A DNA stretch of 64,000 bases from assembly GCA_002633005.1 (NCBI GenBank), contig NMRA01000113.1, positions 134,797 through 198,796 on the forward strand, in the 5' to 3' direction. The DNA is from Phoronis australis (taxonomy: Eukaryota; Animalia; Phoronida). The notes below the pieces were generated by a model. It made no database searches. It was not told where the DNA came from and worked only from the letters and a program-made list of their open reading frames with translations. The position numbers and the translations under genes are program-made. Numbering within the stretch: the first letter of the stretch is position 1; every line of letters starts with the position of its first letter. Shown here one piece after another: positions 11,278 through 24,765 of the stretch.

Positions 11278-14200
11278 GCTACATCTAATTTTGTTAACAT
11301 TCTTATTCTTTGTAGTGTGATCAATTCTGAGAAGAGCAGAAATATGGCACTAAAAGGCAAACCTCACCTGTAACGTTGAGGATGAGTGTGCATGAGTGAG
11401 TGACAAGTGATGTCATGTATTGAATTGACATACTGCGTATATAATGCAAAATTCATCAGTTTCCAAGTAATCACTGATTTGAGTTTTTAATTAAGACTGA
11501 AGCAAAGTTTGCAACAACAGTAGAAGAGAAATGCATGAAATATTTATATGTATGAATATATATATGAAATGTCACACATATACATAAATGTATATGAACT
11601 GTTACACATATACATAAATACATAAATTCTTGGGACTTAATCTTTGAAACAGAAACACTGAGTAAATGGACACAAATGAGTCCAAATTAAATTATTCTAT
11701 CCTCGATTCAAATCGAGTTACTCCAACCACTCGAGGTTCTGAACAAGAAATTACCCAATCACATCAGTATAATACTTCTAACTGCAACCACCAACACGCC
11801 TTTCTCTGTAATTTCCAGTTTTCTCCAAAGAATAACAAGCATCAAACCTCACCTCAAAATCAGGACCCTTGTAAATGCCCTTTCACCTCATCAGTATGCA
11901 AGTTTCTTTGTACTTTATCTTAACAGTCAACATTTATGATCTAGGGCTGCTTATAACATTTACCTTGGTTTCAATGGGCATTCCATGGCTGATTCCAAAT
12001 TCACTGACATAACAAGAGAATGCAATACTCCAGAACTGTGCAACATCAAAGCTATAAACCTACTGGGGTAGCCTTCTGTTCTCACTGAAGCTGACCACCC
12101 AACAGATCCTAAGACTCCAGTCAAGTGAAAGCCGACTCCATGGTGTAAACATGACTTAGATTTAACATAATCTAATCACTATATTCCAGCTCAGCTGTTT
12201 TTAGTCTAGGTTATAATATACTGACCTTATCACTAACTAGACTAAACTTTCCTTGCTGAGTAACTAAGTTTGCCTAAAGAGCCAAGAAAAACTAAAGACA
12301 TGTGTCATCTCTGGTACCTTTTACAGAAAAATAAAATTTCACCACACAATTATAGCGGGCAAGAGAAATATGATTCTTTCATGGAAGATAAGTAAGTGAT
12401 CATTTTTGCCTGTAACTGGGGAGAAATTACCACGGTATATTTAATAACATAACATTATTGCTACCATTCAATTATTAACCTACCCACCTTGGCATTGTTG
12501 ACACGCCATCATTTACTTGCATCATTTCATTTAATTTACAATCAGTTAAGGCATAAATTCATGTTAAAAGGATTAAACTGGATTAAAAGTTAATTTATAA
12601 TAATAATATTAATAATATGTTATTAATATTATTAATAATAATAATATTATTATTATCTTTCCTTTATTTGTACACATGGTCATCGGCCCAAAGTATTAAT
12701 ATAATGGACTTGAAAATTGCAAAGCCCTTAAAGAATCACAGTACATGTAACTTGTAAACTAGAAGAACTTGTAAACCACTCAAGTCCAGCTTCTATAAAA
12801 TATCACTTCCTTGACCTTAATCAAAATATACTGTTTTAAGCAATCCAGGAAAAAAGAAACACTATAGGCTCTTTCATACTGACTTTTTAAAGTCCGGTCT
12901 GAGCAGAATGTCGAAGTAAACTACCAAGTTAACTGAACTGTTCATACCGGCTTCGGTAATTAACAGACATCACAGTAAACGGCAGATGATGTTGTTGTCA
13001 TGGAAGTAATCGCAAGGTGGCGCTGCATGCATCACATGCACGCTAAGATTTTTTAAAAGTGACAATGAGACGTTTACATGTGCTAATTGACATACAACTT
13101 ATAAATCGATTGGTGATTATTTGAGCAAAATATAAGCAGCTAATAGTGACAACAATGCCCTTCAATTGTTGATGATAACAGCGGCTCCAGTGGCGATAAC
13201 TTCGATGGGACTGAAGTTGACTGTTCATACTGCACCACAGCGTCTACGCTCTGCCCTAAAATCCAGCTGTTTATTTATTGTGAAGTGAATTGGCACTGTT
13301 AACTTCGATCCAGGACTCGTTCATACTGACTGCAACTCCCCAAAACATCGACATATCGTCATTTAGTATGAAAGGGCCTTTAGGGAGTGAAATGTGGTGC
13401 AACAGTGTACTTCAATATAGAAGCAATCTACAATAATGAATTCTACAATGACTTACATCAATATCGGTCATATTATTAGCATTTTATACACAGGGGGATG
13501 CAATTAAGCAACAAGTTCCTGAATCAAACAATTATCTGTGACCATCAATTGCCAGGGTAGGATTTCTCATGTTTCAACAGTGCTTGTATGTTTTATCCCT
13601 TATCAGCATTTAATGGTATCATTTACACTAACTGTGTAAATATGGAGAAAATGTAGAAGACAAACACATAGTTAATGCCTATTGAAAGAACAATGAAATA
13701 TTAGTGTGTTATGACTGTAGGCAAAGATATGTTTCTCTATTCTGGTATTACTAAAGTCATGTCCCGACTCCCTTACCCTTGAATAACCTGCAAAAAGCCC
13801 CCCCTCCCGTTCAGACAGCCAAGTGTCCACATTACACACCAAGCACTCGACAAATACAGCGTAGGAAGGATTAGACACCCCCATGTATGTATCTGAGCAA
13901 GTAATTGCTCCTAACACCTCTGCAGGTTTGCATCCAAACCATGCTTGTGCTGGGCAAAATTACCCTATAACAAGTTACCCTACCTTGCTAAGGTGTGGTA
14001 AGTAGTCACACATGTGTCAAGTTTCCCAAAGACAAATAGCATCCACTTAACTTAGCAACAACCTTTTCTAGAAGCAACTTGTTCTATAATGACTTGTGCA
14101 CACTTCTAAGTCTGAATGCATTCTTGCGGCAATAAGTGTCAATTTTACTGAGGCGGTCGACATGCACACAGAACACACATCTAGTGGGCATAGTGCCCTC

Positions 14201-17159
14201 CAGTTCTCGAAAGTAGAAAAATAAGCCTCCCCCAACTTATTTCTGAGGAAATACGTCTCCAAATTTAACTTGGAAGTCGCACATTTTGTCGTCCTGATTG
14301 GACCTTGAGCACACGATTTTCTCAACCAAATTTGAACTCAGAGAACTGATTTTGACATCGTAAAGGAACCCTAAAAAATGGCGACCTCTAAGCTAAGAAG
14401 TGAAATGTCTGCCAATTATGAACTTTAGGTATTTTGTTAACAAGATCATGAATTGCTCTCAACTTAATGTCATTTTATGGTATATTACGTAAACAAACAT
14501 GGACTGACCTCAAGGACAATATCATGTTATTTATGGACTGAGCGTCACAAGCAACATTGCTTTCCTGAGGTTCATACAACCTGATAATGCCCGAGGATCG
14601 GTCTTGTTTCATTCCATGACCACTGCTTAGGTAAACTGATTTTGTCACTTTCCCATAAGGTAACTCCAGTCCATCACGACTGGATTAAACACCAGATGGC
14701 GTATTTGAACCATACTCTCAGTCTAATAGATTCTAGAATAATAAACATATTCCACCATTTATGATGAATGTCAGACTGATCAGTTTTATTCTGTCAGATA
14801 TCTGTTCTCTTAGTCCTTGACTTGCAGCTATTGAGAGCAGGAATGACAAATGTCTCGTTGGGTCTTACCGTGATTTATGTCGCAACCTTTAGCAATTACT
14901 ACAGCCAAATTGGAGTTAACGTTTCCCACTGCAGCGGAGTTGCTCAACTCCAACTCCAAACTTTTATCCACTTATTTTTGGAGAAGTTGCGATGACTCAT
15001 TGAGACTCTGGGAGTATTAAAGCTTTCCCTCAGAGCAAAACTCCTCAAAACAAGGGAGTTGTGATGTTGGTGGGAGAGGGACACGAGTTGGTATGTCTTC
15101 GTGCTTTGATATATGGCCAATGTCTACACAATCAGAGGTTTCTATTCTCTACAGTTTTTGGTCATTTCATGAATAATGACTTCTGTCATGTGGATGACTT
15201 GAATAAAAAGTGATACACGGATGGCTCAAGCCAGTGAACGTAACCTCATAACGGAAGCCATTGTATTGTGTTTTAGCCAATCAAATCAGAAAAGTATCAG
15301 TGATCGAGTAACAATAACCATTAATTCACACTCACTGGCTAGAGTTCAATAAGAAGTTAGTTAATTTGGTCAGCTTTTGCAAGCCCACTAATGTTTCGCA
15401 GGAAATCTGACCTGGCCTTAACTACAGTCAGTAAACACAATCAAATAGTGACCACTGAAAATTATTGGATGAACTATGGAAAGATGAATAATGGATGTTG
15501 ACGGGAGAAGGGAAACAACCACAACAGTGTTCACTATTTCATAAGCCAATGTCCTTGATACAGTCTCACACTTTAGTAGTATTAATTACCATCCTAATAC
15601 TAGGTTCACACAAGAGGCAAAAACTTAGCAGTCTCCCAAGACTTTGAAAAAATAGGAAAGTAGGACATTTTCTGTAAAAATATAAGAAAATAGGTTAAAC
15701 TCTTGATAAAATAGAAGTTCCTTCGCATTGTTTCTATGCACAAAACCCACAAATAAAATTAGCTTCCAAACATTATTCCATGTATCAGTCCACAGACAGG
15801 GCAATTCAATTGACTGTCAGTTACAATCAACAACTTAACTAGATCCCCAACTGTACATTTGAAGCTCAAAGACATCAGTTCACCTAACCTAACAGCATAT
15901 TACTTTTTAACACAACGTAGCTAACTATCATCTAAGAGAAACAGCAGTTTGCATTTGCCTTTTACTTGGACTAACAACAAAGACTGAAAAACAGGAAAAA
16001 GGAATTTACAGAAAAGTAGGAGACAACGGGAGTCTCCCAAAAAATAAGAAAAGTAAGGAACTTGACAACTTGGCTACTACTGAAAGTGCTAGCAAAAACA
16101 CTAAATGTTTTAGTCAGTTTGTGAAAGGAGATACAAGATTCACTTTACATATGCATATGTACGTGTATGCATCTAGCCTTCAGGGGTCATCAAACATTCA
16201 TTATTGTGGCATGACTGGAGTGTCAGATCAATGTATTGCCATTAACAAAACATCAAAAGTAGCACAGCAACATCAGATCACTGCATCACATAATGAACAT
16301 TGAAGGGGACCAGCATCAGCTGACACCATAATGACCTCACTTATCACATATACAACTGATTCACAATATATTCACACAATACATTACACACAACATTCAG
16401 ATGAAAAGGACCCTATCCCTTCTGATCACACAATATTATTGACATTTATACCTCGCATAAAACATCCTTGGATTTACTATTTAGTATGAATTTCTCCTTG
16501 CAAAGAAAAATTTTTATTTAAATCGCATTTATACAATTATCTCTGGCCAAAAGTGTTCCCATAAGAGCTACTCATTAATTCCCAGTGCTACTACCATGAT
16601 ACTAATTCAGCTGAATGCCCACCACTTGACTTTTGAGTTTGCCACATTACCTGGATGAGAACAAAATACCAAATTGTTTCTAAATGCTGGTATAGTGAAA
16701 CACTCATTAAGCACGTAAAATCTTCACATTACAAGTCATTATTTTGAGAGTGAATACTTGTACAAAAGTTTCCAACATTTTTAGAAAGTTTAAATTTGAA
16801 ATGAAAGATGTTGTGGAACACCACAAAACAACAATTTACAATTTTGAATCGAGTTTAACTAAAAACGTAACTTTACGAAAAAACCCAGGTCATCACATCC
16901 ATGTTTTTAGGCTCTTGGTGTCAGCATGGTTGATTTCTTCCCAAGTTACCTCGGCTCAGTAAATCTCGATATCTCGTTGTAATTCCAGATCCATGCCAAT
17001 GTTATACGCCTGAGTTCTCAACATGACTAAATGCAATGAACTCCTTTTCCCATTTTCTAAATCCAATCCAATTCTTCACAATATTCGTCTCTGGAATTTA
17101 GCTCTTGACATCTTAACATGATTTCCAAAGCACATGACAGCCCACAATGCAAAGCCAAG

Positions 17160-17360
17160 CATGACTTTTTATTATTATAATGGATGACGGCACACGGATA
17201 ACAATGACCCTTAGATATTATACAGATGACACCTCCATAATAATAACTTTTTGTTATTATACAGACAATGACACAAATTGCATAATAATGACATTTCATT
17301 ATTATGCAGATGATGACACATGCACAATGACTTTTCATCATTATACAGACAATGACACAT
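17160..17360. repeat. Minisatellite, ~42-45-bp unit, 4-5 copies
   Basis: Recurrent ATTATACAGA(C/T)(A/G)ATGACAC..ATAATGACTTT. Confidence 0.8.
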
Positions 17361-19339
17361 GAAAAATGAATGTCAAGCATTCAGTCCCTACCTTATTCAC
17401 AGCTTCAGAGTCCCTGACCAAGCCATAAATGATGTTTAATGAATGCTTGGAGAGTATGGATGTTCAAACTTGCAATAGTGGGAATACCCCCTTAATGGGT
17501 TGGGGTTGAGGTTCATACAACCAATTACAACAACAATACCATTAATCAACTAGTCAACTTGTCTTTCACAAACAGAGACTGTAAACAGATGACTAAAGGT
17601 TGATTGTCAATTGGAATGAGAAACACCTTAGCAACCATCAATAAGCTTAACTACTGCCCATTAGGGGTGTCTGTTCCTGCTGTGAAAAACAGATAATGGA
17701 ACACAATGCACATTCAACAACACAATCAGATGTTATCACCTTAATATGTGCTCACAGCACAATTGATAACCTTAAAAATGGTTGCAATATTACAAACTTC
17801 AAAATATTAGTTCAAATACACGACAAATCAAGAAGTCTCAGATACGAACAATTCATATTCTACAGCACTACACTACACAAAAAGAATGTCTCACCTAATT
17901 AATGTAACTTATAAATTGGTAATTTGAAAAACTTTACTTTGTGTGCCGCTTTGTAGTATTTGTATAAATTTCAAAGAGTTGTGTTGAGATATGGTCCAAG
18001 AGTCGTAGAAAAATGATTGGTAAGTCAGCAAATGTTAGAAAAATGTTTTAACTCTATGCAGAATTTATTCAAACAGTTCAAGTACAGGTAAACACAAAAT
18101 AGACAGTTTACATATTTTGGCTTTTCAAAAAAGATATTGGCATCTATCAAGCGACCAACAAAAGATGTAATTTTTAAATTGCAGTTCATGGCCAAAATGG
18201 TGGGCCATCAATTAGGAGATACGACTACAGTACACGATGAACACAACAGGCAATTTTAATTTCAAAATCGAAAATAAAGGACTTTTCATCAATTTACATC
18301 AACCATTACTATGAACTCAATGCAAATGATATGGTGTAAATAATTGATACACATTAACTGTTGACACAAGTTTTCATGCAAGGTTCGTCATTAATTGTGA
18401 TAATTTATATGATTTCTCATCCTTGAGCAATGATAAATGATTATAAGAGGTTTTCCATAAATGATGTTATGAATGACGGATCATTTATTATCAGCCTAAT
18501 ACAAATTCACATCAACCAAAATGGGGCTGATAACAGTAAGAGACGATTAACAAAACAAGATAGCCAACAGTTTAGTATTCAAGTACACCCAAGCAATCTA
18601 CAGAAACATCAAACCATACCTCCTATAGGTTGACCTGATATACTGCATACTGGCATCCCACTGATTTCACAAGACAGATGATGACCAAAGGTGACAAAAA
18701 TTGCACATCAGCTAAACCATGCTAACTGCTGGCATTCAGTATCAGCCAATCAGAACGATGAGAGTGATCAATGATTTGCCACCCAATAACTAGACATTAA
18801 GAATGATTTCGTTGCTAACTGTGCAAGAAATATCCGCCTCTGAGGACATTGGCTGACGATAGAATTGGATGGTTGAGTCAATACGCCAGTGACTAGCTCA
18901 GATGCACACTTCCCTAATCAGACTAAAGGCACGATTAATTGGTGTAGAATGCATACAAAAGGGGTAGCAACAAGACGAACAGTTCCCAAGGGAATGTGAC
19001 ACGGTCAACCAGGTAATTTACCCAACATATTCATGGTGATGCCAATAGGCACACAGATACATCAAGGTTTGTAAACATACAATCATTGGAAAGTATGTTA
19101 CTGTTAAGACTCTTCTTCTTTTAATATGTTTCGATTATAGTTGCAAGCCATTCAAGATGCAATGATCTAACAAAAATTATGCTTCATGAAAAATCAACCC
19201 TCGAGAATGACAAGTAGTGTAAATCTGATAAGCAATAACAATGATGATGACAAGATTGACAATTAGTATGATGTATACAAAAACTTAACGAAACTGAATG
19301 AAATATGATGATGACGATAGTGATGATGAATAATGATAA

Positions 19340-19690
19340 GAACTAGAGCTACACAAAGCCTTGAAATGCTGAGACTGCTCCCCAAATGGTATGCTTCTAG
19401 GGGTGTTTGTTAGTATCAAAACAATGGCCATCCGGTGGCGCAGAATGTGTCCGAACAGTCTCCAAATGGAAAGGCATCATTTCTCTAATATAAAACTATT
19501 TGCCATGAAAATCCATCAAGGAACTCAGAGTAGAGAACAAAAAATTGCCATTAGGGGGCACAGCAGTAGTCGGATTAGTCTGAAACTTGTCATCATCTGT
19601 TGCCAGATCCATAGGAACACATCTGCCAAATTTAAAAAAGTTCCCACAAGGGGTTCAGGAGATGTAGGTACCGATGCAAAAAAAACAAAA
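19340..19690 (-). mobile_element. Degraded HINE-family copy
   Basis: AACTAGAG...TTGAAATGC end, and subunits with CCATCCGGTGGCGC and CCATTAGGGGGCAC. Confidence 0.65.
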
Positions 19691-20029
19691 TCACAATAAT
19701 TGGAAGGTTTCTCGAACAATGCTGCAAAAATTTACATACTGACGACATACATTTATTTCTAAGCACTGTTTTCCCCATTTGTGCGCTATCTGCATTTAAT
19801 GGTAGAGTCCCCAGAGATCGCAACAGAAAAATCGACCTGGAGTGTCTAATCTTGTATCGCACAAAAATTTTCGAAAACACTGAACAGAACAAAAACATCT
19901 GGCCTCAGAATCACAAATGACTAAATTTGATGTTTCGGTATAAAAACATTTATTCATACTCCAGGCCATCAGCCCACAGTACTTACCTATCAAACACAAC
20001 AATAAAAAAACAGCAAATACGCATACGCG

Positions 20030-20305
20030 TGAGTAGTAGTTTCATATATACAAATTTCGTTTAGTTTTTAAGCACACTGGGATCAGAAATTTTCATTTAT
20101 CTTAGAAATCCACGATTAGTCGGATTGGTCCAATATATTCTCGGTAACATTCTAACACTCAGATCATCATAAAATGGCCATATACAAATAAAGTGATATT
20201 CATCGTCAATAAAAATATAGCCAAAGTTATGTTTACATAAAGAAAATATTCGGAGGTCTTCATCGATTGAGAAGTATCGTCCTACCTCGATCATCAGTCT
20301 GTGGA
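20030..20305 (-). mobile_element. 3' remnant of a non-LTR retrotransposon (ORF2 C-terminus)
   Basis: HRLMIEVGRY...LCK...IDDEYHFICIW.FYDDL matches the degenerate CCHC-type C-terminal motif (LxIExGRY..C..C..EDExHF...C..Y..LR) of LINE ORF2. Confidence 0.75.
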
Positions 20306-20410
20306 TGTTTCATTATCCCTCCAACCTTGTCCACAGATCCAAGCCATTTTAATACATAAGATATTATTCAAAGATCCAAGAAATAACATCCATATGTCAA
20401 TACTACGACT

Positions 20411-20509
20411 TAATCTCCAGCACTGCTAAGCCTTAAAACACAATGACCATTGAGTACTGTAATCTCCAGCACTGCTAAGCCTTAAAACACAATGACCATT
20501 GAGTACTGT
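20411..20509. repeat. Tandem duplication, 49 bp x2
   Basis: TAATCTCCAGCACTGCTAAGCCTTAAAACACAATGACCATTGAGTACTG occurs twice. Confidence 0.9.
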
Positions 20510-23500
20510 ATCTCTCCACTTATTTCACACTAACATAATAACCAAAATTGACATTTTCCCATACTTCACAGGCTGATTACCTTGCCACAAATACTGACAA
20601 TGTTACCAACTGTCCAAATATAACATCTACACAATACAACCCATCCTAGTGATTAACTAACATTTTTAACCTTTATTTCTGTGGACAAATTTGACAGTGT
20701 AAAATTTTACTTGTCACCATACTGTGCATTAAATAACAGGCCCATTGCAACAGGCACTGTGCTTTAACTTCACACCTCATATTCCCCTGCCAGCCTGCTT
20801 GAGGAATTTTGTGAGTGTTTTAATGTTTTTGTTATCTATGACAGTTTTCACTGAAACTGGTTTACATCAAAAGAATTCATTTCTAGTGTTTTGGTAAATG
20901 AAAAACAGACCGATAAGGTAAGCAGCAGGATTGTTGCTCTACCCGTTTGTTTCTTGTGTTTCTGCAGATTATCTGTTATCACATGTATTACCATTTGCAG
21001 ATGGGACCTGGTCAGACTCAAAAGCTTGATTAATAAGACTGGGAGTTTACCATATGCTTTGTTCCTCTACAGTTAATTCTGCTAGTCCCAAGATGTGTTG
21101 GATGATTTTAATTAACGACCAGTCAGTCCTTTATGCCTAAAATGGAGGAGGCATCCAGGGACAGGCATTATCGTTCAGGTCCTTGAAATACAAGTTCTGA
21201 ACCAAGTTTGACTAATTGATCAGCTGCCTCATCACCCTGGATACCAATGTGTCCAGTTACTCTGGATACCAATGTGTCCAGGAGTTCAGGTAACTGTGAT
21301 ATGATTATATTTACCTTCAATTATTTAGCTTAGTGATACATTGCTGAATAATATGGGATTTCACATGTGCATTAAATAGGTGAAGAAATAAGCATGTACA
21401 AATCTGAAAGAACGATCCAGTAGAGGTCAACGCACAAGTATGGAAAAACTATGAACCGCCAAAGGGTTCTTAAAGGAGTACCTTTCTGCGCATTGAAATG
21501 TGCTTATTCAATGGGCACAGTTGCTCAATCGATGTGCGCAGATTAATTTGTTATTCAATATGCAGAATTGGTCATTTGTCGAAGAATAAGATTTGAAATT
21601 CAAAGTTTATGGTTGCCGTAGTTGTTATAAAGCAAGCCATGTTAATGAGGGTATTATTGACTTTGTGAGGAACAAATTAGTTTTAAATTATAATATGCAT
21701 AAAAGTGAAAAACGAAAGAAAAGTAATTTTGTCAATTATTTTTGTCAAAAATAAACGAGACTTCACTGTTGGCACACCCGAGCAAAGCTAGTTGTTTAAG
21801 AACTCTTCGACACTTCACAAAAATTTTACCTCAGCACATACTCAACTGATAACAAGCAGCTAACTAGTATCCTTTGTCTAACTAATTAGCACTGTTTTTA
21901 TGTAATTATTAGTCATTTAACACAATTAGTGGCACCTGATATTGAACAGCAAATCAACTCCAATGTTAGATTAGTTTTTAACAGAATCACCATAACTGGT
22001 CTCATACTGACACAATGCAAGCAGCTTTTGCATAAGGAATAGTTTATGGGAGCTGGAAAATAGCAGCAAATTTTAAGAAAAAATGGTAGTCAAGAAAATA
22101 TAAATTGAATTTTCTTAATGCAGCATGTGTCCTGTTGTCAGCAATATCTGCCAACAACTTTTATGACATCAAACTTCTCACAACAGCTATGCATTGAAGC
22201 TCCACTGGAGTCTTGCAGTTAAATCTCCTTGTTTACTGCTGAGTGAACTTTCACTATTAATTCCCATCCAAGACAGAATTTAAGTGCGCCCACTGCCTGA
22301 CGATGCTCTAAACACTGAATTGAAGCATCAATGTTAGTTGGAAAGAGGTGAAAAAACTGGAGGTGAAAAAATGGAGACTTGAGATTATCAGCTACCAACT
22401 GTGAATACACATATGACCAGAATTCTGCAGCTATGAATAAGGACTTGACCTAAAATCAATGTGATAAAAAGTCACCAAGTCATAAATGTGCAATGTATAG
22501 ACATGAAGCATGAATATCAGACCATAATTTACATCATGTCAGATACAAGTGATTTGGTTGTAACTACAAGAGACATGACAGTAAATTGTTGGCAATAAAA
22601 ACCCAACAGCACAAACAACATTAACAAGGTTGCATATTTTCGATAGACGTAGAAAGGCAGGAAGCAGCCATGTGTCCGATCAATAGCTGCACAATCGGCA
22701 AACATACAGTTTTCACCACCTCAGTACAAGTTCAATTAAGCTGGAATAATTTGTTAAAATCTCCATTAATCGTTGACATCATATATGAAAAGACGGAAGG
22801 CTTTGGGCGAGAAATAATAACAGCTTATCATTCTTCTGTGCTTGCATGATGTATTGGATAAGGATAGAAATATACCCAGGTATATTTATGGTCATTTTGT
22901 TACATTTCAGGCTATAAATCTGTGGATTAATTACAAACAATCACAGTAGCAGGATGTAGAGATAAACCAAGAGACTTACACAGGACTAGTTGAGACAGCA
23001 GTTTTACATATTAAACAAACAACAGTTCCCCTATAATCAGCAAACTGTTGTTAATTAATCTCCTAAAGCAGTCAGGCAACAAGAACAGGCCATACAGGGT
23101 CTGACAATGGAGAGACTGACAGGGCACTTTACCTTCTGCCATTAGAAGAATACAACAGCCTATGGGCATCTTCCCTCCCTCTGGCTCTGCAACTGTCTAA
23201 GTTGAAACAAAAATAAGCAAAAGGAAGTTTAGAATTTCCCACAATTGTGGAGACTATGCTCAATGTCTTGGTTTTGAAAACTAAGCTATCAAATCAAATC
23301 CGTGGACTGCAATCTTAAAAATAAAAAATAGTATGTTCACTTCTTGAGAATCACATATGGACAATTGTCAATTGTGACAACACAGGAAATCTCCAATACT
23401 GCAAACAAACTGATGAACATCTGTCTTTGGTAAAGAATTTCAAAAATGGCATAACGCGGAAAGGGTCGTACACTTGATCTTCCCTCAAAAATAAGCGCTG

Positions 23501-23654
23501 TATCAATATTGTTGATATTCTACAGAAGTTTCAACCAAAACAAGGCAAAGCACCAACAGTTTCTACAAACTGTACATTCAGTTTTGACAGCAGCATTCTA
23601 TCAAGATGCTAATAACCTGAATTAACGACTACCATTTTAGACTTCGTACACAGG

Positions 23655-24765
23655 AGTTACAAACAACATGACCGCTAGATCCAAAACAAGACCGCTGGTC
23701 CTCCAAACCGGACTGCCTCAACACAAACAGGACCTAGAGTTACACCTCTGAAACACCAGTTTGGAGTTGCACTAAAGATACAAACCCTACATATAAATAT
23801 AGTAATGAACTATGGAGCTAAGACCACTGGAAGCATAGCCAGCAGTGGAAGAAACTTTGACAACCAAAGGTGCTAATGCTTGAAAGGTGTTGTGGATACT
23901 CAATGCTATCAACCAAGTGTGAACATAGCAACATTGTATATACTTTGTATATACATTGTACATTTCTTCTTTGAAAAAAGAGCCACCACTGTGAGCTCAC
24001 TTCTTCCTTCAGTTATGTGCCAAGGCTTCCTAGTAATCATTTTGAGTGTCCAAACTTGAAAGGTTCATTGACTAAGTGAGCCCAAACCATACATTGGGCT
24101 GGGTGTCCTTGCCAGGGCATCCAGATTAGTGGTAGGGCATCCATTTGGACGCCCAGGATGTACGCTACATAAAGGCCTGCCTCGGGGGATCAAATGAGAC
24201 TTACAGACAAGATAATGGGACCGACACACCTAAACACATGACCACCCTACCACAAACCAGGCAAAATGTTGTCGCAGCCTTTATGTGATACTGGTTATGA
24301 TATACTTTACCCAAGAACCAGTTATCCTCAAACACATTTTTTGACTGGAGTAAAAAGTGAAATTGAAGAAATTGTGTACAGTAGTTATTTTGTTCTAGAA
24401 CTAAGTGAACATAGTGGATAAAATTAGAATTATTTAGCTCATAAATTGTTTAGGTTTGATTCGGATTGAAAGTAATGGCAAACAATGGAAAGAGCAGAAT
24501 GCTTATACTTGGTTGGACCTTCTTTCAATTGTTTATATGTCATCACAATTGAGTGGTGTGGCGGTCATGTTTCAATACCCGGCGGTAATGTTCAGTCCCT
24601 GGCGGTCACGTTTTGTGGTAGGACAGTCATGTTTTAGGTGTGTCCGTCCCATTATCTGATCCGAAAAACCCATTTGATCCCTAGGTCCTGTTTTGCGGTC
24701 ATTCAGTTCAATTTGGAAGACTGATGGTCCTGTTTTGGGTCCAGCGGTCATGTTGTTTCTCACCC
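23655..24765. mobile_element. Foldback element with long diverged inverted arms; the left arm is interrupted
   Basis: 23661-23737 plus 24186-24256 together form the reverse complement of 24611-24759. About 440 bp ending in ...CTACATAAAGGCCTG interrupts the left arm. Confidence 0.65.

Noticed and set aside
12590-12660. AT-rich palindromic tract
   Set aside because: Simple (AAT/ATT)n low-complexity sequence.
17057-17380. Cys-rich 107-aa ORF
   Set aside because: Translation of a minisatellite.
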